A stretch of DNA of 62,252 nt, the filler included, from Rhabdomonas costata (taxonomy: Eukaryota): assembly GCA_019059605.1 (NCBI GenBank). It is 35 parts of 35 records of this genome, joined end to end, with 100 filler letters (N's around TTAATTAATTAA, not from the genome) between each part and the next. Parts side by side here need not be neighbours in the genome. Positions count along the whole stretch, not along the records: positions 10,702 to 12,382 come from JAHMHO010010737.1; positions 12,483 to 14,166 come from JAHMHO010010738.1; positions 14,267 to 15,947 come from JAHMHO010010739.1; positions 16,048 to 17,729 come from JAHMHO010010740.1; positions 17,830 to 19,523 come from JAHMHO010010741.1; positions 19,624 to 21,305 come from JAHMHO010010742.1; positions 21,406 to 23,086 come from JAHMHO010010743.1; positions 23,187 to 24,867 come from JAHMHO010010744.1; 27 more parts are not named here. One strand, 5' to 3'. The notes under the pieces are model-generated. The model did no database searches and was not told the DNA's origin. It saw only the letters and a list, made by a program, of their open reading frames with translations. Below are positions 12,011 to 24,697 of the stretch, piece after piece (the first letter of the stretch is position 1; each line of letters starts with the position of its first letter). A program made the translations under genes and the position numbers.

Positions 12011-12624
12011 CTGAGTGCATCCCACACGCACGCAGTGAGGCACGAAGGCATGAAGGCATGAAGCTAGCTGATGGCAGAAATCCTCTGAATGTCCTTTGTC
12101 CACTACATACATGAGGTGAGTGCCTTCTCCGGTGTCTGCGGCACGCATGTCTCCAGCTTACGCTCGTTGATAGCGAGCTGCCCACGGAAAACTAAATCTA
12201 CTCCCCTTCCTAAGGGTCCCTGGCTCGTCCCAATGATATGGTGATGCCGCCATACTGGCATACTCTTCTTTATGCCGTCATCCAACGCCGCCCCGCCTCC
12301 CCATGCGTCGGTTACAGCTCCCGCTGGTTGGTTCTGGGATGTGGGGCGAACTTGTGCAGTGCCACATCCCAGAACCAACAACNNNNNNNNNNNNNNNNNN
12401 NNNNNNNNNNNNNNNNNNNNNNNNNNTTAATTAATTAANNNNNNNNNNNNNNNNNNNNNNNNNNNNNNNNNNNNNNNNNNNNGTGTTGGGTGTGGTTGGT
12501 GGGGGGTGGTAGGCTCTAACCGCTACTCTCCCAGGGTTTTCCGTACCATCCCCCGCCGTTTCCTTGACCAAATTCCGTTTCCTTCACCCTCGCCTTCCTA
12601 TCCTGTTTCAGTCTTTGCCTTTAC

Positions 12625-12659
<35 letters not shown>

Positions 12660-15336
12660 GTTCCTTCCTTTAAATTGTTTTTTGGGTTACCCTCTTCCCG
12701 ACCTCTTGCGCCTGTGCGGCCGTGCCAGGAGTCCCGGCCTTTAGGATAATGCCCGTGATCGTTTGAACCCGGAAGAATATTTGCAGAGGGTTTTATGGCG
12801 ACGCTGTGAAAATCAAAATAAAGACCCCATTTTCGACTCTTACAAGGTACCACCGCACCGCGGTAGGTCAAAAAGGGCCAAATTTTGGCTAAAAATCGTC
12901 CTTTTAGGGTCAAAGTAGTTGAATAAAAGTTCCAAACCGTGTTTTTCGGGTTCCCCAACCCAAACCTTTATAGCGCGATATCCTTTTTCTAAAAAAAAAA
13001 GAAGAAGCTAAAAATGGTGTTAAAAAAGTCGACGGAAGCGGGGCCAAAAATTTCCGCCAGTGCTACCACCTGGCCTTCGAGTCGGCAAACCGGACCACCT
13101 CCATTGGATAGCCTCCTATCACTAACCCCGAGGCTTCGAGAAAAAGAAAAGAAAAAGCTCCATACGGACACACACACATACTCGGACATTTCTATATACT
13201 AAATCCTACACTACACTCGTAGCTAGCTTCGAGACGGTAACACAACACGACGTTTCGGACGCCCGGTTTTTTCGGGGGGGTTTGCCTTCCAAAAACTGGA
13301 CTTATGTGGTGATTAGCGGTTGTTAAGGGTTGTTTGCTCCCGGGGGAAAGGGCAAAAAAAGTCAACGAAGCAAATGTGAACAGCAACAAATGTCGGCAAA
13401 GATAGCGCAACTACTAGACACAAATTGCTGCACGCATTCTTGAATATGATCGGGTTTTAAATCCAGCACAAAGCCTGACGAACCAACGCAAAGTAGCGTG
13501 CGCAGTGCCTCTGCCTCACCTGAGGAAAGGCGACATGACGGAAATACAGGACTTGAACAGCTTCCTCAGATGGCAAGGGCAGCGCGATAAAAAGGGAGAA
13601 TGGCACTGCCCTTCTCGAAGCAATGTAAATGCATAGAGAGAGAGAGAAATCCTTCGTACAAAGAGCCCCTTTACTGGTGCACCCAACGACTACACACTAC
13701 GTGCACAAGGCATCGTTTTGGTGGAGGTCTTTTCTCCAGCGGGATTTCGCACGCGGACACACACATACACACACCAACCCAGCATTGAGAAGGGCGAGGA
13801 GGCAGGAAGCGACACAGGACTACTTGTGCGTGGTTGTGGGGGAAACGGTGCATGTGAGTATGGGAACTGGTGTACAGTCGTTGCCACGGTGGCACACGAC
13901 CACCCTCGAAACGGGCACATGAATGTGACAGTACGGGAAAGTCAGGAAAATAGTCCGCTCTCACAGACCTCAAAGAAGCATGAAGCAGCAATCAAACATG
14001 CGTCAGTCCCATCCACAGGAGTGTATTATTGTCTGAGCGTGTGAGGGTCAATCCGCGATTAGATCACTTGCCAGTCACCCATCTAAGTACCCAAGGTAAA
14101 AGTAAGCCCACTCTCTGATCCTTTATGCTCTCGGACAATAGTGACGAAGAAACCCCACACAACCACNNNNNNNNNNNNNNNNNNNNNNNNNNNNNNNNNN
14201 NNNNNNNNNNTTAATTAATTAANNNNNNNNNNNNNNNNNNNNNNNNNNNNNNNNNNNNNNNNNNNNGTGGTGGGTGTGGGTGGGTTTGGGGGTCAATAAG
14301 GGATGCCTACATCCACTGCCCTGGCTTCCAAGAAAGGGCTGCAATGCTCTTGCGTCTTCCGTGACCCGCCGCGTTTGCGAAAAATCCCAAACACAGCCAA
14401 GCACATGCCAAACAGCAAAAATAAAAAAAGAGCCAAAAACAAGACTCTGGCATCAGTGGAAGGAAGCATTTCGGAGCTTTGTGGGGCAGTCAAACATACC
14501 TGGGACGTAACAAGCCATTTCAAGCTAAAACGAGAATTTTTTTTCCATTTTTTAGCGACGGCACATTAAATTCGAGTCTTGTCATCTCTTATTTTGATGA
14601 AATTTTCTTCCTTGCAATGTTTGTTCTCTCTCTTTTAAGGTTGCTCGAGTTGATGAACCTGCGGGGGCTGTCGGTGCAGTTCCCCATTTGCAGTATGCAC
14701 TCCTGCACTTTTCCCGCCTGGGCAAATAATTTTTGAAATGTTTTGTTTTCTTTGACTTCAGGATGGCAAGACCGACAGTGCCACTTTCAGAAGGTGTGAC
14801 CAGCTGTATGTGCACGGTTTTGTACTATGTGGGGCAATTATGTGACTTTTAAAAATCTGTCCAGACAATTTCTGCCAGGGAATGGAAGGGCCAGTTTCGT
14901 TTTGCCGTTCACGCCATCTCGTGCCATCGTGCATTATTCCTTTGAAAAGAAACCACAGTCGACTGTCATGTTGGATGGAAGCCACTGTATGAAAAGCGTG
15001 CTCTTTATGAGTTCGTTAGCACACCTGCTGTTGTCTCGCGTCCGCAACCTAAGCAACGGGAACTCTGCTTTGGCATCCGTTTACCAACAGGTCCATCAAC
15101 GCCTTACCCCCTTTTGGTTCACAGCTGCACCGGTGCAAGCTTTTTGTTGGCAGAGTGGGGTTGCAACAACATGCTCCGGATCCTCAGCACCAGCGGTGTT
15201 CGCTTTGTTGTATTTTTATTCTCAAGGCGGTTTCCAGAAATCAGCTTGAAAAAGTTAAGGGCCAGAGCTCGGCCAAAGGGAAGAAGCAGCATGCTTATGC
15301 GCATTTGAGTTTGAGAACGTAAGTATGTCCGGTTGA

Positions 15337-15777
15337 ATCCGTTATAGGGGCGAACCATCCGTGGCAAATGCTACCGGGTCTGAAACTTTTTTGAGCTCGT
15401 TAGCATTTGCTATCGGGGGGTCGATGGGGTGAGTGGGGTTCTGTGAATGGAATGGTGACTTGTACAGTTAGGCGTGTTTGGGTCCCGTCATTGTATTGAG
15501 CCGTAATCTTTTGTAAGGAAAGAGATAATGAGATTATTTAAGGGGAAAGGCGCCCGCTGCCAAAGGCCGCACTGTGGAGGTGGGTTGGGAGGGTCTGTGA
15601 AAGGGTTTTAGGTTTATCTTCGAAGGCTTGGAATTCTCAGCAAAAGTGCCGGCGATAGCATTTGCTAACGTCGACGCTCCGACGGCATCATTTTGCTATC
15701 GGCGGCCCAACTGCAAATGCTACCGTACGGACTTTGGGTCGGTGGCATGAGCTACCGAGGAGGGGCCTATAACGGAT
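15337..15777. mobile_element. Putative non-autonomous DNA transposon (MITE-like)
   Basis: 12-bp inverted repeat ATCCGTTATAGG (15337-15348) / CCTATAACGGAT (15766-15777). Subterminal GCAAATGCTA/TAGCATTTGCTA motifs at 15364, 15401, 15656 and 15713. No ORF. Confidence 0.55.
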
Positions 15778-17989
15778 CCGTCCTAAACGTATCCCCTCCC
15801 TGAAATGAGTTCGCGCGAATCACGTTGCACCGAGACGAATCCCTTTGTATGTCCCCTCCCTCGGTAGCAAAGGTGCCAACACAAATGTCTATCGTCGGTC
15901 CGATGCCAACTACGAAGCTTGACCGATAAACCAGGGTCCAACAACACNNNNNNNNNNNNNNNNNNNNNNNNNNNNNNNNNNNNNNNNNNNNTTAATTAAT
16001 TAANNNNNNNNNNNNNNNNNNNNNNNNNNNNNNNNNNNNNNNNNNNNTGTGTGGTTGGGGACAGATGGCCGATACAGTGAAAGTGGCGGAATACCCCGGG
16101 TGAAAAAGAGAGCCAGTCCACGGGAGGGAGGCCGGATGGAAGGGGAATTCGTCCACACGACCAGACTGCAGTGATTCAGCGGTATTTTTTCGGAGTTTTC
16201 AGAGGAAGAAGAGCTTTAGGTGAAAGATACGAGGAGGCCGAAATTTTAGAGGATTTCCACAGACAAGGCCTCAGCGGATGCAGGCGGAGAAGACGGACAG
16301 TGTGAGGTGCCCAAAAGAACCACAGCAGAGCCGCAGTCCAGAGCCGAGCGGAGACCAGGAGGGCCCGGCAGATTGTACAGAGGGCGGTGGGTTTTCAGAA
16401 CGTGAGGGGTGGGAACGCTGTTACACAGGACAGAGTGTGTGCAGTTGTGTGCCCCTTCCCCATCCTTTGCTTTGGTTGGGAGATCGGGGAAAGGCATAAG
16501 CGGCGAGGCCCGCCCAGCGGAACCTTCCACAGCCCAGAAGGTATGAGCCCTAAGGCTCGACAGTTCGACCCCATCTGTGTCCAGAGCAGCACCTTCCCAG
16601 AGCCACACGTACATCTCACCCCACCCCGTCATTTGCAGAAGCTGTGCCCCCAAAGGTTTCCAGAGTCCAAACCGGCTTGGTGAAGGCAAGTGGTCGGCGC
16701 CCGCCCCATTTCAGAAAGGCGACGCTCCACAGCGACCCCCGGGAAGTGAAGAAGAGAAGCCACGGTCTAGGTGCGAGTCACCTATGTAAGTTGATGCAGC
16801 GCCCACCTTGTGCAAGCAAGGTCGGGATACAGCCCAACGCGAGCAGGATCCAGAGGCATCACCACCTCCAGATGTAGGAGCCACGTAAGTGTTCCCGCAA
16901 TATCGTTGGAGTGGAAAGTCTTGCGAGCAATCTGCGGCGACGTTGAGCCTAAGGCAAGTCATGAAAGAATATGACAGAGGGACATGTAATCTTTCAGTGA
17001 CCAAATTGCCAATCTACGGTCCACAGTGACCAAAGTGTTCGTCTATTGCTTCTAGCGCGTAAAATACGAAAGCCGGGCTTAATGTGCATGTTTTTGTTAA
17101 ATTTCCGGAAAAAAGACCCGCCAATTTGCTGGCCTTTGCGATCAACGTGCGCAGGCGCATTTCAAAGCAAGCGGGATCCAAGACAATGGGTAAAGCCTTA
17201 GACTGGCAACGAAAGCGTGGTTTGTTTGATGATGGTAATTAAAAATAGGACTTAGGATTTAGCAAACGGCCCCATAGGATTTTTGTGAAGGAGCGCTGTC
17301 GGATGCACCGGAAGAAACACCTGGGACGTACATAATTTTCAGACAATTTTCGCAACATGGAATCAGTCACAAAACCTGAGCTCTGATCAACACCATCTGT
17401 TGAAAGGATCTTCCATATCTGAAACTTTCAGGCTCTGTGCAACTCTCTAGAACCTCAACCAAAATATGTTAGGTAATTGCTCAGCAAGTCTTCTCAGCTC
17501 CTTGTGTACACAGCTTCTCTGCCTTTTATCCACGTAACGTCATGATTACGTGGAACTCATGATTCAACCACCTCACTTGAATATTCTATAAACTCCATTT
17601 CAATCATCATAATCCTCTCTGGATTGTCTAACACTGGGTATTTACAAAACCATCAACTTTGGAACTGTCTCTGGAGCCGCCTTGGGAACTGCACTCTCTG
17701 TGGAAGTCGAGGGCGTGGCTCTGGCCACCNNNNNNNNNNNNNNNNNNNNNNNNNNNNNNNNNNNNNNNNNNNNTTAATTAATTAANNNNNNNNNNNNNNN
17801 NNNNNNNNNNNNNNNNNNNNNNNNNNNNNGGGGGATGGGGGGGAGCAAAACAATAAAACAACTGTCTATAAGATTCTTCAGATGCTTTGCTGCGTCACAA
17901 CTCGCAGCAAAAAACTTTGAGAGAGATGCTGCGAAGTAAAGGAAAGGAAACGTAAAGTGCGCGTGGTTAACAACACCCACCCATTTACG

Positions 17990-18678
17990 CCGCCAAAAGC
18001 CGAGGCAATGGTCGTCCAATAGCGATCGAGAACATACGGTATGGGTCTATTCCGGCAGGCCTCATTTCCCAGTAGCGCAAAAATTTCGAATCTACCGTCA
18101 TCGACTTGGAAGCGGGTGGCGGCCATATCTTACTCACGGTGGAGCTCTCAAAAATTCACCTGGCATGCTCATGCACGCAGTGTGCATATGTGTGCAAGAG
18201 GGGGGGGGGTCATTCAACTAGAGCTTCACAGCTTTCGAAAGGTTAGTCACAGTTTCAGCTCCGGTGATCCGATCTGAGTACGCAAAAATCAGCCCGCAGG
18301 CAAACCAATTGACGAAGATTCCGATCCAGACGCCAGTCGTTGCCCTACTCAACGAAAAAGGATGCCAGCACGCATCCCAACAAAAGTTGTCGACGGGCGG
18401 GGAAGTCCTCCAAAAAGAGTCTGCCTGGCCGACGTGTGGGAAGTGATGTTGTGTATGTGCGTATTTGGGAGGTTGCGATCGCTTGTGCAAGAGTATCGCA
18501 TGCTTACGGTCGGAAGCGCGGCGCGGTGTGCCGGGGGGACGTACCGCGGTGTCACGGCGATACTGCACTGGGTGTACTGGGGAGGGAAGGCGAGGGCAAA
18601 GAAAAATGAAAAAAAGACGCATTGTTTTCTCACTGGGAACGGGCGCGGTCATGACGGCGTGTAAATGGGTGAAGGGAT
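17990..18678 (-). pseudogene. Spliceable exon chain with in-frame stops, probable pseudogene
   Basis: Exon-like blocks with AG/GT borders join in phase but contain TAG (18345-18347), TGA (18148-18150) and TAA (18130-18132). Confidence 0.3.
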
Positions 18679-19203
18679 CCTGCGCACAGCTTTGCGAGCA
18701 AAACGGGAGATGGTGTAACCCAATTCCCGGATTAGAATTTTCTTCACCCGTATTCTTACCCAACGAGCATCTCTCTCATCAAGCAAACAAAACTCTCTCT
18801 GGGGGGTTGAAGCCGAAGCACATCACATGCAGCATCACTCTGCTTCAGACCACAAGCCAAACGACCAACTGACAATGCACCGTAAAAAAAGACGAAAAAA
18901 GAGGGGAGGGGGGAGAATCGCCCAAGGAAAAGGGGAAAAACCAAAACACGTATGGGGGAAGAAAAAACCACGGAGTCCCTTGCTGAGTCTCTTTGCCGGA
19001 GCTACTTGGATTTTTCTTGGTGACAACGGCTCCGGTTGTCACCACAGGGGTAAAACACATATGACCGCAGCGATACTTCGACCTACAAGGACATCCAATG
19101 GAGAAAGTGTGTCTGAGAGCGTTCCAGGTGCTTGTCTCCAAGCCTCTCCTTTTCATTCACACGTCGCCCCACACAAAGGGAACACCCAAACAAAGAGACC
19201 TTG

Positions 19204-19204
19204 C

Positions 19205-19245
<41 letters not shown>
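19204..19245 (+). repeat. (CAA)14 microsatellite
   Basis: Direct reading. Confidence 0.95.
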
Positions 19246-19326
19246 AAGCTCTACGGTCGAACTCACGGTAAGGGAGCTAGTATGGTGAACGGAAAGGTGG
19301 AGAGAGCGTTAGGCTCGGGGCTACAC

Positions 19327-19523
19327 CCCTTCCATGTCAGCAACTTCTAGATCATCGGCCTGATGGCAGGACGAAGGATCGAAGAAGATCTTTCGCACTT
19401 CTCCACTCGCAGAGACGTACAGCGCGTCCCCGAAGAGGGCGTCATCCATCCAAAAGCCTGAATGGAGAACCCATTCGCCGCACCATAGCCGGCCGAGGGT
19501 GAAAAGTCTTCTGACCCCAACAA
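19327..19523 (-). CDS. Exon with a MORN-repeat-like segment (partial)
   Basis: Open frame …HSGFWMDDALFGDALYVSASGEVRKIFF… resembles the MORN consensus Y.G.W......G.G.Y....G. Confidence 0.3.
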
Positions 19524-20645
19524 NNNNNNNNNNNNNNNNNNNNNNNNNNNNNNNNNNNNNNNNNNNNTTAATTAATTAANNNNNNNNNNNNNNNNNNNNN
19601 NNNNNNNNNNNNNNNNNNNNNNNTGTTTGTGGAATGTGCCAATCGTCTGACATTCACACCGAAGGGAGAATGAAGGATTGCCAGACGAGAGGTAAATAAA
19701 CGTCGGGACCAATTTGGTTTTGTTGGAATTTTGTTCAAACCCGTAGAGGTAATGCGCTTTGAAAAACGGGAAACGGGGAAGAACGGGGAGCATCAATTCC
19801 CACAGTGCTGGGGAGAGTTCTTCGGTGGGACAACAAGAGGGGTAGGGCACCTGTCCCCGTTGGGATAATTCTTACGAAAGTCATAGCGGCCAAACATGTT
19901 TGCCAAGAAGACAAGAAGAAACGCAAACAAACACTGTGAAAATGATATTAAATAAAAATCAAAAATCACGTAGAACCACACAAGTTCTGGCCATTTTTTA
20001 CCTCACTGACAAGAAAGCTTAAATCTTGTGCTGGCGTGTTTGGGCTTGCTGCGCTCGCTACACAACTCTTTCTCCGCCCTTTCTCCCTTTTACTCACTCT
20101 TTCCACTCCCGTGCAAAGCCACTTTTCCCGCGACAAGCGTACCTACGTTCGTCGATCCGATCCAATTTCTTGATTTTCGGCTGCAATCGGGACCGCACTC
20201 CAAGCGTTTTCCTTGTTATTTCGAGCTCCTGTTCCTGCCAAAACTGAAATATGTGGGATGCTAAAATGGCACACATACATACACAGACAGGCAAGATTGA
20301 TGCTGGCAAAAGTCAGGGGTTTGCTTTCTGCGCGTTGACTTCACAGTCACCTCCATTCATATCGCTATTTCACTTTTTTTCATGTACATATCCCTCCCAC
20401 AAGTGCAAAGAAGAAAGGAACAAATGCTGATGGCAGGAACTCGCAAATGTTTTCAAATAAGGTCAGCAGCAATTCGGGGGAGTTTCAGCACCATGTCAAG
20501 CGCGTGAACAGCAAAACACTCAATACTCACGAGCGTGGAGGCAAGAGATAGACTAACACACAACCGCACAGTACAGCGATCTGCTGTTGCGAAAGCGCGA
20601 GCGCACCGTGATCCACCCGAAGGTCTCAAGGAGGGGAAATCCCTG

Positions 20646-20981
20646 TCAGTCATGTCTGCCCTGGCTTTCTCTCCAAGCCCTGAACCGTCGCAACTCCTCC
20701 TTCCCGCGCGTATACGCCCAGACAAAAGTGCCGGCGTCATCCAGGTATCCGCCAATGGGAATGAAGTCAGGGATAAGGTCGAACGGGAGGACAAAATAAA
20801 GGACAGCAAAGATAAAAAGAAAAAGCGTCATTCGGTCCATCGTGTACTGGCCCTGAAAATGGCGCAGCACCATTTCAGCAGCGTCGCGAGCATCCGGAAG
20901 AGCTGAGGAGAATGCCTGGGGAACCGAGGAGCCCCGAAGGATGCCAAAGGCATACCCTATGATGCTCAGCAGAGATCCCAT
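20646..20981 (-). CDS. DUF1232 / YkvA-family membrane protein, intronless
   Basis: Complete 111-aa ORF with the hallmark AVLYFVLPFDLIPDFIPIGGYLDDA. Pyrimidine tract and AG lie 5 nt before the ATG. Confidence 0.88.
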   Translation of the reverse strand: MGSLLSIIGYAFGILRGSSVPQAFSSALPDARDAAEMVLRHFQGQYTMDRMTLFLFIFAVLYFVLPFDLIPDFIPIGGYLDDAGTFVWAYTRGKEELRRFRAWRESQGRHD

Positions 20982-21906
20982 GTTTGCTCAGGACGCAGAA
21001 CAGGAACCCGTAATAAGAGCGAAAAGCAATTAAAACGCAACGAAACCTAAACCCACAAAAGTGCACATTCCTCATAATGGGGTACCAAACGACATGTCAA
21101 CATGCCACATGCGGGTCATCACGAGTGGAGTCTCAAATCCCATCTCCATGAAATCAACACACTGGGACCACGTTCTCAGAACAATAAACTGCGCAAACGT
21201 GGGGGTGTGTGATAGGCTCTGGGAAGCATCCTTTTGTATATCCTTTTATCACCCGCGACAGCACCAATAAATTGATTTTCGCCCCTTCCTCCATCCCCGC
21301 CTTCCNNNNNNNNNNNNNNNNNNNNNNNNNNNNNNNNNNNNNNNNNNNNTTAATTAATTAANNNNNNNNNNNNNNNNNNNNNNNNNNNNNNNNNNNNNNN
21401 NNNNNGGTGGGGGGGTGTAGATTTTTGAACCGGTCTACCACGGTACCTGGATTGGAGGATGTGGAGAAAAGCAATTCAACTCGCAACCCTAACGACTGAG
21501 GCCTGAAAGGCTTTGAAAACCATTGTGGGGCAGCCCCTCCTTCATCCGGGCAAAGGACAGCTGACAGCTGCAGGCATCAGCAGGATCCACTCGCAAACGA
21601 GTGGTCACCATCGCCAATGTTAGCCCCGGTGAACGCCGCCACAGTCACCAAAGCAGCCAACAGTATACATACAGCAACATCAGAAGTACAAAGAACCACC
21701 CACCATTCTGAGTCATGCAAACAGTGTCGCCATCAGAAGTGCAGAGAGACAAAATTGCTGTCTTGACCGCTTTTGTGAGGCGGACGAAAAATTGGTTGAT
21801 GACGTTCCAGTCCAGTTGACGGACACTTGGCTTGGGGAAGGGGGTGTGCGACTTACAGGCCGCCAATGTTGCCTCCAAATCGTCTCTCACATGCCCGCAC
21901 GCACAC

Positions 21907-23008
21907 CCAGGGCGCACTCCGCGCGGCGCAGGCGAAGTTCCAAATCCTCCTTCAGGTGCTTCGCAGAGACGGAGCCCAGGAGGTCCACGCAGTACCGGCA
22001 CGCCTCGCGGCGGGCGGATGACCCCGAGGGCTCGCTGGCGGTCTGTGTGAGCTGCCGCTCCATATAGCTCATCTGCTCGGCCACCTCGCGGTATACCCGC
22101 GCCTATTCAGCGCATACAAACCACCCATCCATACAGACGTTGACCAAAGCCAAGGGTGAGCGTCAAATCGAGAGGTGTGACGGCGACGTGAGGAGCGCCC
22201 CCAAATTTGGACGTACCGTATTGTCAGGACTACTGTGTAAACTTCTTCAGTGAAACAAACCTGCCCATGACAGCAACACTCCAGAGCGTCAAGAGCGCAG
22301 TGGGTTTCCGTCCCCGGTTCACACACACAACAACTATAAAGAATAAAGTCATCCACTTTCCCTATCCGATTTCATGCTGAATGCAATCTCAATGCCGAAG
22401 GAGGAAGCATAATTCTGAGCACAATTCTCGTCTAATCACTTGTGTGAGCATCGTTAACAACTGAGACCATCTGGAGGTCACTTAGACCACGGTTCAAATG
22501 CTCACCCTCCTTCTTTTCTGAACACGGACCGACTCCTGATGCTCAGCGGCCTTCTTGGGGTCCAACGCCTGCAGCTCCTGGTGGTCCGCCGCGGCCTCGC
22601 TGAACCGACTCAACTGGACCAGCACCTTGGCCCGCAGGAGGTAGGCCTGGAAAGGGGAGAGGGGGGGGGCGAAGGCATTGATAAGGTACTGCCAAAAGCA
22701 GCATCGTCACCTAGTCACCCAATAACAAAAGAATTCATTAAAGAAATTTGAATTGGAAAAATCAACGACAGACGAAAAGTGGGCACAAAGCCGAAAAGCC
22801 GTAGAGGGAAATCCGAACGATAGGGCGTGCGAGAGAAGTCACATGAGGAATGGTGGTGGGCGAGCAAGCATGCACAGCACCGACTTCGTGGGCTTCACTC
22901 CAATCAGCTCGGTGAGGTCCCGGTGGGCATCCTCGTAGAGCTTCAGCAGGTTGCACACCTCGGCGCGCTTGTACAGCACCCGATGCCGGGAGTCTTCCGG
23001 CAGAAGCT
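21907..23008 (-). CDS. TPR-repeat protein (partial, three exons)
   Basis: Exons 23008-22881, 22646-22530 and 22102-21907 are GT-AG and in phase. TPR-like helices LYKRAEVCNLLKLYEDAHRDL..L...P and AYLLRAKVLVQLSRFSEAAAD...L..LDP. Confidence 0.75.
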
Positions 23009-23516
23009 CTGTGCAAGGCACCCTACACCGAGTGGACATCTATCTCCCCCCCCCTCCAACGACACAGAACCTCCTGACAACCCACANNNNNNNNNNNNNN
23101 NNNNNNNNNNNNNNNNNNNNNNNNNNNNNNTTAATTAATTAANNNNNNNNNNNNNNNNNNNNNNNNNNNNNNNNNNNNNNNNNNNNACGTTGGACTCATC
23201 CCAACGCTCCGACCATATTTAGGTGTAACCCGCCTTTTTGGTGGAACCCGTGCGTTGCCACTGTCATGCTTCTGCTTTCGTGCTCTCAGTTGTCATCCGC
23301 AAGGCTTACCCCAGGTTGGCAATACATAAGTCTTGGTAATTGTATTTTCTTTATTCCCAGCAATCGTCGTGTTATTGTGTGTTGGGTGCAACTGCTCCCA
23401 GCCCCATCTGAGAGCACGTGAGGCTTCTCCGGAGACATCTCCTCGTCGTTTCTGCTGGGGCCTAAGTTCTGACCTTTCCCTGTGCTTTTTGTTTGTGTGA
23501 GTGCATGTCTGTCGTT

Positions 23517-24697
23517 ATGGCTGAGGCGGACTCTGCGCCCCCACTGCTGGGTTCGTACGCCATAGTTGGAACCCTTGCCAGGACCCGCAGGTCAGTGGTT
23601 TACCACGTGGTGCGGCAGAGCGATGGCAAGAAATTTGCCGCAAAGGTCTCCAGCAGAGAGAGAGAGAGAGCGTGCTTGAACTTCTCAAGAAGCCTCGTCT
23701 TGCAGTAGAACCGTGATCCGTACCCGAGACGCGGCTTGGAAGTAAATGAAGATTTGTAAAATTGATCTGCCGGAGGCAGCAATGCCTCGTGTGTCTGCTA
23801 TTGCACGTTCTCGAATGGTGAAGCTGATTCGCGCCCCCCCCCCTCCGGTGATTCTCCCCTGAATCAGCGGCCATTCGGGCTTTCACTGACCCTACGGTTC
23901 AGCAGCATTTCTTCCCCTTGGCCTTTGGGAATGACAAAGAATAGGTTCCTGAGACCACAATTGGCCCATGGCGTTGGAGGGTGGCCCTTCGGTCTTTTGT
24001 GGGTGTTGAAATTGGTGGGGGTGCAGGTTCCCTTCGATCCCACGGATAGCTTGACAGCTCTGGAGTATGACTCGCTGCGGCGGATCTGGTCCCGCAGTGC
24101 GGGGCCCTGTGTGGTAAAGCCCGAGGAGCTGTTCTACCTGGACACTGGGGGGCCTGCCGTGGTTTGCCCCGTCTGCTGTGCTTTGTATTTAGGCAGTGGG
24201 GTGTCGAACGGGAAGCGTGCCGTGCCTTTGCTCTTGTCACCCTTGAAACTACCTCTGTTTACTAATGGACCGGTGTTCTATTGGAGAGCATACGAAACCT
24301 CATCAGCCCGAACTTCAAAACATTGGGAGCGATGCGGAATCTCTCACTTCCCGTCAAGCTCGCGACCACAGTGGCAGCTCGCCAACCGCACAGCTTGCCG
24401 TCGCAACTGTTGCCCAACTTTTTGAGTTGGTGGTGTGTGTGTGTGCGTGTGTGCGTGCGTGTATGGAACCGGGTTCAGAACTGGACTCGTGAGGGGCCCA
24501 TATGTTGTGGGTGGTAAATTTAGTACTGATTTTATGTGTCGATTGGCTTTCTTCTTGTGAAAGGTGATGCAACTGATGGACGAGACCTTGGCAGGGTTCC
24601 TGCAGCAGAAGCCTGGGCACTGCCTCGCTGAGTGGTCGGAGCTGCTGCATATCTTCACTGGACTGGTCTCCGCAGTACATCATTTGCACCAGATGAG
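23517..24697 (+). CDS. Divergent protein kinase, N-lobe to helix E (partial, three exons)
   Basis: Exons 23517-23645, 24027-24161 and 24564-24697. Motifs VVYHVVRQSDGKKFAAK (VAIK-like), LEYDSLRR (helix C), VVMQLMDETL (hinge) and IFTGLVSAVHHLH. Confidence 0.75.

Noticed and set aside
17500-17640. Possible chromodomain relic on the minus strand (IQVRWLNHE / HDVTWIK)
   Set aside because: Needs several frameshifts and stops, and no integrase or LTR is visible.
19132-19350. Poly-Q or poly-N protein
   Set aside because: (CAA)14 microsatellite, probably intronic on the opposite strand.
19851-19897. Short minus-strand exon MFGRYDFRKNYPNGDR (MORN-like)
   Set aside because: Only 47 nt with no confirmable next exon. 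Kept only as a possible start.
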